Both the position numbers and the translations under genes were made by a program. The notes under the pieces were generated by a model. It did not search any database. It worked only from the letters and a program-made list of their open reading frames with translations, and had not been told where the DNA came from. Shown here in pieces: positions 18,240 through 25,658 of a stretch of 33,522 bases of DNA (the first letter of the stretch is position 1; each line of letters opens with the position of its first letter). Origin of the DNA: a virus (lineage: Duplodnaviria > Caudoviricetes); IMG/VR virus record IMGVR_UViG_3300046049_000069, positions 1 to 33,522 of that record; one strand, given 5' to 3'.

Positions 18240-18401
18240 ATGCCGGAGTGCCAAAACTGTGGGTCCCACGTCTCCGGCGACTACGCCCGCGTGTTCACTC
18301 CGAGAGATATGGAGGCCCCTCGCGTGTGTCCGTATTGTCCCGATAAAGTCCGGGACGGGCGCGACGTGCGGGCGGCGCGTTCAACGCGTCGAAACGCGTA
18401 A
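18240..18401 (+). CDS. Haloarchaeal zinc-finger microprotein (MPECQNCG...YARVF...CPYC type)
   Basis: Motif typical of haloarchaeal and haloviral small Zn proteins; TAGCCATG coupling. Confidence 0.75.
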   Translation: MPECQNCGSHVSGDYARVFTPRDMEAPRVCPYCPDKVRDGRDVRAARSTRRNA

Positions 18402-18408
18402 TTGTTTC

Positions 18409-18425
18409 CGTAGACGACCTTTATA
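18409..18425 (+). promoter_or_regulatory. CGTAG-N6-TATA promoter
   Basis: CGTAG acgacc TTTATA, 25 bp before ATG 18450. Confidence 0.6.
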
Positions 18426-18449
18426 GACACAGACAGTAAACCGCTGTGT

Positions 18450-18824
18450 ATGTCCACGGACCCCGACATAGACCAGGTCGACGAGGCGGCGGACGAGATC
18501 TCCGGCGCGACCGCCGGGACGACGGAGGCGGGCCGGTGGTTCGCCCGCGCCTACGTCGTCGGACTCCTCGTTCTCGTCGTCGGCGGGTTCTCGGGCCTGC
18601 TCTACCTCGGCGTTCTCGACCTCTCGGTTTCGCTCACGGCGGAGGTGACCGTCGGGTGGGTCGTCGAGTATATCGTCGCCGGTATGGGGCTCCTCCTCGT
18701 CGCGTTCACGGCGTTCATGGTCGTCAAAGCCGCAGGGGGGAACCTCGTCGCGTCCGTTATCCGGGGCGGGGCGCGTCTCGCGGACGCCTACAGCCTCCCG
18801 GAGAACCAGGACGGCGAGGAGTAG
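18450..18824 (+). CDS. Membrane protein with 2-3 TM helices (holin-like candidate)
   Basis: Two long hydrophobic stretches with charged termini; own promoter. Lysis role is speculative. Confidence 0.65.
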   Translation: MSTDPDIDQVDEAADEISGATAGTTEAGRWFARAYVVGLLVLVVGGFSGLLYLGVLDLSVSLTAEVTVGWVVEYIVAGMGLLLVAFTAFMVVKAAGGNLVASVIRGGARLADAYSLPENQDGEE

Positions 18825-19002
18825 CGTCGTCCAGCGTCGCCACTCTCAGGGGTCGGTCCAAGGCGGGTAGTGTAGGAGAACCCGCGCTACGCGGCCGGTT
18901 CTACCACGCGACGGTTCTCAAAACCCCGTCCGTCCCGTTGACGTAGACCCTGCCTACTACCCGCGACGAGGATTTAACCGTCTCCTACGTGGACTGGATA
19001 CC

Positions 19003-19476
19003 ATGGACCTGTCCTTTCCGGACGCCGGGGATATCGACTCCCGGTGTCATCGGAAACTCCCCGACGCCGAGACGCCGGACGCTATCCTCGACCGCTGTAA
19101 GGACGAGGCGGTAACGTGGTTCGAGAGAGAACGCGGCTACTCGTTCTACGTGTGTGAGGCCCACGCCCGCGAGGTGCTCCGTTTCGGAGCGGCGAACTCC
19201 GCCGTCTTGGACATGGGGATCAACGACCTTCGGCGTCTCGCCTCCCAGGCGGGGATCAACTCGAACGGCATGTCCCGGGCGGACCTCCAGCGGACCCTCC
19301 TCGTCGCCCCGGACGCCTCGGACCTCCCGGACCACCCCCGAGTGTCGCCGTGTCGAGGCTGTCATAAACTCACACGCTACGACGACCTCAACCACGCAGC
19401 GTTACGCTGTCCCGCCTGTCGAGACGGCGTTCCCGAGATAGACGTCGACGACGCTGTGCTCACGTCGGACGCGTAA
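19003..19476 (+). CDS. Zinc-binding protein with central SAP/HeH-like motif
   Basis: MGINDLRRLASQAGINSNGMSRADLQRTL; CEAH, CRGC, CPAC. Confidence 0.6.
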   Translation: MDLSFPDAGDIDSRCHRKLPDAETPDAILDRCKDEAVTWFERERGYSFYVCEAHAREVLRFGAANSAVLDMGINDLRRLASQAGINSNGMSRADLQRTLLVAPDASDLPDHPRVSPCRGCHKLTRYDDLNHAALRCPACRDGVPEIDVDDAVLTSDA

Positions 19477-19479
19477 CCC

Positions 19480-20163
19480 ATGCCCGGGGACCATGACTCC
19501 CCGAACGACGAGGCGGACGGGAGCGGGCTATCCGAGGACGACTTTCGGCGGATCTCGGCGTTCGCGGACAAGGATCCGGACGACCGCGACCCCTCCCAAC
19601 TCGTCCCGAACGCAGGAGCGGGTCGTCCAGCCGCCGCTCGTTCAGCCCGGGACCACGGCGTCTCCGCTCGACGCTGTAAGACCATGCGGCGACGGATGCG
19701 GGACGCAGAAACGGTTCAAGAGGTGATGGAAGAGTATCCAGAGACACACACCTCGGAAGTCATGAAACACGTCTACGGAGACTGTCCGCACTCCCACGAG
19801 GAACCCGCGACCGCCTCCCCACAAATCGGAAAGCGGGAGTGCCGCCTGTTTCGAGAACGGTACGCGGCGGGCTGCGACGTCGAAGAGATCTCTACGGAGT
19901 TCTACCGGGCCGATAACACGGTAACGAGACACATTTTCGGACGGTGTTCCCACGAAAATACCCCCCGTCCGCTATCAGTCTCCGCGGTCGCGGCGTCGAC
20001 CTGTCGTCGCCTCCGGGAGACGTATGTCGGAAACCCGAAAGTGAACGTCTCGGGGGCGGCGACCGCGACCGGGCTCCGGGCGGAGGTCGCGGCGACGCAC
20101 CTGTTCGGATACTGTAGCTGTGACGTCGAAACGGACGCCGCGGACCATGTGGAGACGTGGTAA
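19480..20163 (+). CDS. Protein with three tandem C..(HTH-like)..H..G.C.H/C repeats, probable DNA-binding
   Basis: RCKTMR...KHVYGDCPH; ECRLFR...RHIFGRCSH; TCRRLR...THLFGYCSC. Confidence 0.7.
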   Translation: MPGDHDSPNDEADGSGLSEDDFRRISAFADKDPDDRDPSQLVPNAGAGRPAAARSARDHGVSARRCKTMRRRMRDAETVQEVMEEYPETHTSEVMKHVYGDCPHSHEEPATASPQIGKRECRLFRERYAAGCDVEEISTEFYRADNTVTRHIFGRCSHENTPRPLSVSAVAASTCRRLRETYVGNPKVNVSGAATATGLRAEVAATHLFGYCSCDVETDAADHVETW

Positions 20164-20201
20164 TATGGTCGTACCCGACATGGGCGTCGACCCCCGGGGC
20201 G

Positions 20202-20218
20202 CGTAGAATAGTTTAAAG
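20202..20218 (+). promoter_or_regulatory. CGTAG-N6-TATA promoter of the portal gene
   Basis: CGTAG aatagt TTAAAG upstream of ATG 20253. Confidence 0.6.
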
Positions 20219-20252
20219 AACGCCCGGTTAGACCTGAACGCTAAGGATACCC

Positions 20253-22832
20253 ATGGGCGCTATGGATAATTTACTCTCCGGGGTCGCGGGCGTCGAGAAC
20301 ACGGCGTCCTCACGCAGACCCCGGTCCGGGGGCCGTCACCCTGGGGGCGACGGACTCCCGGAGTCGTTGGACGACTCCCCGCTGTGGCTCCGGAAAGCGG
20401 TCACGGATGGACTACAGGCACAGCGGGGGCGAACGTCCCGGGCGGTGCTTAAACAGGAGGTGGAGCGGAAAGCCTCCCTTCCACAGGCGTTACAGAACGC
20501 CCTTGACGAGGCGGACGCCGCCCCCAAGCCCTACGACGCCGAAACCCTCCGGGACCTCAGCACGTCACCCGTCCCACAGACCTACGTCGACACATTAGCA
20601 CAGGACGCCGCCTCCGCTGACTGGACGCTCCGCCCGATAGACGAGGCGGCGGACGTCGACGCCGGACGGGTCGCCCGGATTGAACGCCGCCTCCGGAACC
20701 TCGTCCCCGACTCCACGTTCCCCGAGTTCTTAGAGGAATGGAGTCGATCTATATTGCGTCTCGGGGACGGGACCGTGGTAAAGCACTACCCCGGCGGGGA
20801 CCCCGGGAACGAGGTCGGGGAGATCGTTCACGTCGACTCCTCAACCATGTTTAAACGACTGGACATGGACGGATACGCGGACGGCTACGTTCAAATGACA
20901 GCGGCGGACGACCGGAACCGGACGGAGTTCTCGGCAACCCCGCTGGATTTAGAGGAGGTCGTCTGGGTCTCATGGGCGCGACGCGGGAACCACGTCTACG
21001 GGGAGGGCCCCGTTGAGAAAGGGCGGGATACGATAGAGATCTTAGAGGAACTATTGGAAAAGGAACTTCTTGACCTCGTGCAGGGGATGCCGCCCGGGGT
21101 TCTCTCCCGACCGCCGGACACGGAAGCGGCGATAGACGCCGAGGATTGGGAGAACTTCAAAGACGATATGCGGCTACAGCGGGGTGAACGGCATAGGTTA
21201 GCGTTCACTAAGTTCCCTGTAGATTACACAGCCCTTACGCCGAACTATCAGGAATTACAACTCCTCGAACGGTATAAGTCGAAAGTCACGGAACTCGGCG
21301 GCGTCTTTAAAGTCAATCCATCGTATGCGGGGTTCGAGTTCGAGAACGTGAACCGGGCGACGGACGAAAGCCAACAGTTAGCGTATAAACAGCGGGGGTT
21401 TCAGGTATTGATATCGCGGTTAGAGGCGGCGCTGACGTTCGGTGTTATCCCCGATATGGACGTTGAGCTCGGGCTGGATCTCGACACGCCGGACGACATG
21501 GACCTCCCGGAACTCCGGTTCGAGTTCGAGCGGGAACGAACGACGGCGGAGAAACGGACTCGGGCGAACTACATAACGGACGCTGTGAACGCCGGGAAAG
21601 AGGCGGCGGACGCCGGGCTGGACGTGCGGTGGAAAGACGGCCAACCCGTGATAGCGGACGGAGCAATGGAGGCGGGGAACGCTGGCGGTGGCGGCGGTGG
21701 GGGTGGGCTGTTCGGATCCGCGGACACGGACGACGAACTCGTTGAGGCGTATATGAAAGCCACCGGGCGGGACGACGTTCACGTATTGGGGTTCCCGATG
21801 GGCGGCGTCGCCCACAGCGGAGACGGAGAGACGTGGGCGCGGTTCATGAACGCCCTCCTCGACCGTGGGGCGGAGAAAATCGTCGACCTGAAAGCGGAAC
21901 GGAACGGCAGGACCCGGGAGTATCCAGCGGACGCCCTCCCCGGGGACCATGACCCCTTGGTCGCGGTCCACGGACTCCCGAAAAACATCGTTACGGCTGT
22001 TCTACAGCGGTTCGAGGAGGTTCACCTCCAAATGTTGAACACCGGGAAGCGTCGGGAGGCGGGTGACGGGGGAAACGCGGACCGGGACGGGGAGACGGAC
22101 GCCCCGTCCCCGCTCTCGAAAGACGAGATTGATACGCTGGACGAACTCCTGTTCCAAGCGCACACGGAACAGATATTCCCGGCGTCCGCGGACGAGATAG
22201 AGAAACGAGTGTTCTCCTCGTCGGACGTCCCGGACTACGTATTGGACAAGATCCGGGAGGCGTTGGACGACGGGGCGGTGTTCGACGCGATAGAGACCGC
22301 GGGGGACACGGTGAACGAGGCGAAAACGGCGGTTGAGGATATCCTTGAGGATAACCTTCTCGACGAGGACGGGTGGAGTCTCCGCGAGATCCGCGACGAC
22401 ATACAGGGGACGTTCGGGGACCTCTCCGAGGAGGAGGCCGAACGGATAGCCCGGACGGAAACCTCCTCAACGCTCAACACAGCCCGGGAGAAAGGCTACG
22501 AGGAGCGGGACGACGCCGGGAGCCTCGTGTTCGAGTGGGTCGGGCCGTCGGACTCCCGGACCACGATGGCGTGTGAGTTTATGAAAGACGGGTCCGCCGC
22601 GGTTGAGGACGCGGCGTTCGCGTTCGACGGCACACAGACACAGCCGCTTTCGATGGCTGAACTCAAAGCGGTCCAGAACCGCGTCGCGGACTACTATTTC
22701 CCGTCCCTGACGTGGAGAGAACACGTCCTTCATCCGGACGAGAGACACACGTTTAAGCGGGTTATCCCGGGCGTGTCCGCCGCTGCGGAGTTCCCGGGAT
22801 CCGCGGGCGTCTCCGTTGAGGGGGTCGTGTAG
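20253..22832 (+). CDS. Portal protein fused to a C-terminal MuF/SPP1 gp7-like head morphogenesis domain
   Basis: HK97-like portal motifs (LRLGDG, YGEGPVE, GMPPGVL, VFKVNPSYAG, NRAT); poly-Gly linker; MuF motif ERIARTET..LN.A...GY...WVGPSDSRT..AC...HP..RH. Confidence 0.85.
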   Translation: MGAMDNLLSGVAGVENTASSRRPRSGGRHPGGDGLPESLDDSPLWLRKAVTDGLQAQRGRTSRAVLKQEVERKASLPQALQNALDEADAAPKPYDAETLRDLSTSPVPQTYVDTLAQDAASADWTLRPIDEAADVDAGRVARIERRLRNLVPDSTFPEFLEEWSRSILRLGDGTVVKHYPGGDPGNEVGEIVHVDSSTMFKRLDMDGYADGYVQMTAADDRNRTEFSATPLDLEEVVWVSWARRGNHVYGEGPVEKGRDTIEILEELLEKELLDLVQGMPPGVLSRPPDTEAAIDAEDWENFKDDMRLQRGERHRLAFTKFPVDYTALTPNYQELQLLERYKSKVTELGGVFKVNPSYAGFEFENVNRATDESQQLAYKQRGFQVLISRLEAALTFGVIPDMDVELGLDLDTPDDMDLPELRFEFERERTTAEKRTRANYITDAVNAGKEAADAGLDVRWKDGQPVIADGAMEAGNAGGGGGGGGLFGSADTDDELVEAYMKATGRDDVHVLGFPMGGVAHSGDGETWARFMNALLDRGAEKIVDLKAERNGRTREYPADALPGDHDPLVAVHGLPKNIVTAVLQRFEEVHLQMLNTGKRREAGDGGNADRDGETDAPSPLSKDEIDTLDELLFQAHTEQIFPASADEIEKRVFSSSDVPDYVLDKIREALDDGAVFDAIETAGDTVNEAKTAVEDILEDNLLDEDGWSLREIRDDIQGTFGDLSEEEAERIARTETSSTLNTAREKGYEERDDAGSLVFEWVGPSDSRTTMACEFMKDGSAAVEDAAFAFDGTQTQPLSMAELKAVQNRVADYYFPSLTWREHVLHPDERHTFKRVIPGVSAAAEFPGSAGVSVEGVV

Positions 22833-22835
22833 AGC

Positions 22836-24203
22836 ATGGGGCGGGGGCGGGAGGAGGAGCTATGGACCGCCCTCCACGGCTACTCCTCAATTAACGGCGT
22901 TCCGTCCGTCGCCTCTCTCCGGTCGTTGTGGACGCTCGGGCCGGGAGAGTCCTTGTCTACGAGACAATCGTTTACGCCGTATAACGTGTGGGAGGAGAAT
23001 AATGGGGCGACCGTCGGGGACGGTCCGAACTCACTCGAACAGTTACAGACGGACGCCGCTGCTGGGGACTCGAATGCGATACTTGAAACCGCGTCGCTCG
23101 GGATTTATCGGGCGGGGACACAGGTTCAGACCGCGGGCGGGATGTGGGGACGCTCCGCTCCGGAGGGCGACCAATTCTACGAGTTAGGGTATGGCCGAGA
23201 GGGTGGAGAATCCTATATCTATCACCGGGACTATGCGGACGACTACCGGATCGCGTTCTCGAACGAGGCGTCGGGGGAGTCGGAGATCTCGCGGAACGCT
23301 GGACATTTAGACCCGGGTGCGAAGAACACGGTCGGACACGCGGAGGTCTACGGGATAGACCCCTTGGACGGCTCCGGGCCCTCGGGGATAACTCTCGACG
23401 CGGCGTCTGGCTATGTCCGCGGGTTCCGTATCGGGTGGTATGGCCCCTCCGTCACGGTCCCATACATAGCCGCGGTCGGGGACTTCTCGGGGGAGTGGCG
23501 GCAAAACACGTGGCCGATCTGTTTGATAGATCCGGTCGGGGAACCCTTGATATCTCGACCGAACGAACCGTTCCACTTTGCGGCACATAATAATGGAACG
23601 ACCGGGAACGCCCTCGACATGCGGGTCGGCGGGCGACAGTTTTCGTATGCCGGGGAGATCAACGCAGGGCGGCGGGACCTCACACACCAAACGCCGGAAA
23701 TGACGCTCCCGATGGACGGAACGGGGAGCGGGCCGAACGACCTCTACGTCGTGGCTGTCGTGAAGCGAAAAGCGGGGTTCGAGGAAACCGCGGCGACGGT
23801 CGGACGGGTTGAGGTGGATACCGGGAACACGATGGCCCTCCACGCCCGCGTCCTCCCGGAGACGGATATCAATGGGACGCTTTCGTATGAGAATCCGTCC
23901 GACACGTTCGGGGAAACCGCCTACGTCCAGATAGACGCACAGGCGGACACGCCGGACCGCCTCACTCTCTCGACGGAGACGGATCCGGACGCCCTTGACG
24001 AGGACGCGACGAAAGTCGCGGGCGTGAAATGGGGCGGGCGGTTCGTGGGGTCGGACACGGCTGTCCAGCAAACCGCGGTCGGAGACGCTGGACGGTTCGA
24101 GTTACAACTCGTCCGTGACCACCCGACGGTTATCGTCGCTCGAACGAACGACGGGAACACGGCGACGGCGTCGTTCAGTATCGGACTCCCCGGAATAGAG
24201 TAA
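22836..24203 (+). CDS. Beta-rich putative minor virion protein
   Basis: 455 aa rich in G/T/D; YRAG...RIGWYG motif; lies within the head module. Confidence 0.65.
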   Translation: MGRGREEELWTALHGYSSINGVPSVASLRSLWTLGPGESLSTRQSFTPYNVWEENNGATVGDGPNSLEQLQTDAAAGDSNAILETASLGIYRAGTQVQTAGGMWGRSAPEGDQFYELGYGREGGESYIYHRDYADDYRIAFSNEASGESEISRNAGHLDPGAKNTVGHAEVYGIDPLDGSGPSGITLDAASGYVRGFRIGWYGPSVTVPYIAAVGDFSGEWRQNTWPICLIDPVGEPLISRPNEPFHFAAHNNGTTGNALDMRVGGRQFSYAGEINAGRRDLTHQTPEMTLPMDGTGSGPNDLYVVAVVKRKAGFEETAATVGRVEVDTGNTMALHARVLPETDINGTLSYENPSDTFGETAYVQIDAQADTPDRLTLSTETDPDALDEDATKVAGVKWGGRFVGSDTAVQQTAVGDAGRFELQLVRDHPTVIVARTNDGNTATASFSIGLPGIE

Positions 24204-24282
24204 GTCGAGTGGGACGACGGGGACCCGGGGGGTGACGGTTGGGACAGCGGATGTACTGATAGCCGTCGTGGACCAGGGAACG

Positions 24283-24299
24283 CGTAGCCTATCCTTAAG
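24283..24299 (+). promoter_or_regulatory. CGTAG-N6-CTTAAG promoter
   Basis: CGCGTAGCCTATCCTTAAG, near-identical to 31991-32009. Confidence 0.65.
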
Positions 24300-24324
24300 A
24301 CCCTCGGCGGACTCAAACGGGGTA

Positions 24325-24633
24325 ATGCCACACGAACGCGACCGGAGTTTCGACATAGAGAACTCGGGGACGGAGATCGTTATCGACACCGCCGGGGACC
24401 ATATCGTAGACGTGGTTATGAAAGACGGAGACGCCGCGGCGGACTACGCCCTCGACGTGTCGGACCGCAAAAGCGACTGGTTTACGGACACGGAAACGTT
24501 TTCGGGGGTTACGTCCATAGACGACGGCTACTACAACTCCCACCGGTACGTCAGGTTTAGGGTAACATCCGGAACCGGCGGATCCGGGGATACTGCGGAC
24601 GTATTGCTTTCGTCCGCCGGGAAAGGAAGGTAG
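24325..24633 (+). CDS. Small beta-sandwich protein (putative capsid decoration)
   Basis: ...SDW...RYVRFRVTS pattern; ATG 24325 lies 25 bp after the TATA element. Confidence 0.6.
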   Translation: MPHERDRSFDIENSGTEIVIDTAGDHIVDVVMKDGDAAADYALDVSDRKSDWFTDTETFSGVTSIDDGYYNSHRYVRFRVTSGTGGSGDTADVLLSSAGKGR

Positions 24634-24639
24634 ACGGAT

Positions 24640-25149
24640 ATGCCATGGAAACCTACAGGAACCTCGGGGAACCCGACGGATAGCGTCTATGCGGATTTGG
24701 TTAATACAGAGGAATTAGACATTGGCGGAAGCGATTTTGCTTCTTCCGGTGACTACATCCCCCAATATACGTTTGGTCCAAACGCCAACAGACAGCTTTC
24801 TTTTACCAACACGGGGTATGATAACGATGGAGATTTAAGCCGTATTCATGTCGAATGGGACAAACTGTTTCCATCGGACGTGCAGTCCGCTGTTTTCGGA
24901 GAAATATTTATATCAACAGTAGGGACTGACGAAACAATTGATGTTCGTGTTTTCAATGGTGTTGACGGTGAGACTGTCGCAGAACAAACAGGAATTACTA
25001 CGACGGGGTTAATATCGCTTGGGCCTGTCAACTACGAGCCATTAACCACGACCGACCGAATTGCACTTCGATGGGAATGGCGGGAAAGCAACGGCGCGAA
25101 TCCGTCGGAAGTCCGAATCCCGTACATAGTCCTGGGTGCCCAATTATGA
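24640..25149 (+). CDS. Putative variable virion surface protein with low-GC 3' part
   Basis: 169 aa beta-rich; sharp drop in GC after about 24690. Confidence 0.65.
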   Translation: MPWKPTGTSGNPTDSVYADLVNTEELDIGGSDFASSGDYIPQYTFGPNANRQLSFTNTGYDNDGDLSRIHVEWDKLFPSDVQSAVFGEIFISTVGTDETIDVRVFNGVDGETVAEQTGITTTGLISLGPVNYEPLTTTDRIALRWEWRESNGANPSEVRIPYIVLGAQL

Positions 25150-25178
25150 AAAATACGTAACAAACTGTACGATAACAA

Positions 25179-25436
25179 ATGAATTGGGACCAGTACGAGG
25201 ACCTTGTCGAGAAAGCCGCGGCGTCCAAACAGGAACGGACTGCCCGAGAGGTTGAGATAGAACAGGCGCTAAACTGTTCTATGCCGGGGCTCCTCCGGCG
25301 TCTCCTCGACGAGAACGACGGGAAAGTCCGGTCGGGGCTCCGCCAGTTGAACGAGCGGCTGGACGAGGCGGGGATGGACGCGGACGTCTCGCCGAACACG
25401 TTCTACGATTATCTGGACAAATACCGACTCCGGTAG
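25179..25436 (+). CDS. Small HTH-like DNA-binding protein
   Basis: C-terminal VSPNTFYDYLDKY resembles a recognition helix; AT-rich upstream region. Confidence 0.6.
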   Translation: MNWDQYEDLVEKAAASKQERTAREVEIEQALNCSMPGLLRRLLDENDGKVRSGLRQLNERLDEAGMDADVSPNTFYDYLDKYRLR

Positions 25437-25442
25437 ACCCGC

Positions 25443-25570
25443 TGGGGGTAGATTGAAGTCCCCGGCGGGCTACTCGTCGGGTGTGGAGTCCGGCGAAAGC
25501 GGAAACCCATTTCGGGATTGAAACGAGTAGGCTGACTCCACAGTCCGGGGGATTACTCACCTCACCCCCA
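25443..25570 (+). ncRNA. Putative structured ncRNA containing a solitary CRISPR-repeat-like unit
   Basis: Complementary pairs 25443-449/25564-570, 25460-465/25545-550, 25470-477/25523-530 and 25482-490/25534-542; no credible ORF. Confidence 0.5.
25488..25524 (+). CRISPR. Solitary 37-nt CRISPR-repeat-like unit (haloarchaeal I-D-like), not an array
   Basis: GTCCGGCGAAAGCGGAAACCCATTTCGGGATTGAAAC: 37 nt, GTC start, AAACCC-N5-GGG hairpin, ATTGAAAC 3' handle; the match to I-D repeats is from recall. Confidence 0.6.
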
Positions 25571-25611
25571 CCTCCCCACCCACCACCTGGATCTCGGGCC
25601 AAACTCAACAT

Positions 25612-25634
25612 GCGGGGCGCTTTTTCCGTCCCGC
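25612..25634. terminator. Hairpin with internal T-run between convergent units
   Basis: GCGGGGCG-CTTTTTC-CGTCCCGC. Confidence 0.4.
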
Positions 25635-25658
25635 TACTCTCCACTTGAAAACGAGGGG

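Noticed and set aside
18861-18935. tRNA gene (GGGTAGTGTAG resembles a D-arm start)
   Set aside because: No canonical T-loop or matching acceptor stem
25470-25530. Hammerhead ribozyme (CUACUC-GUC ... GAAAC-GAGUAG resembles stem III plus a cleavage triplet)
   Set aside because: No CUGANGA core or stem II in the required position
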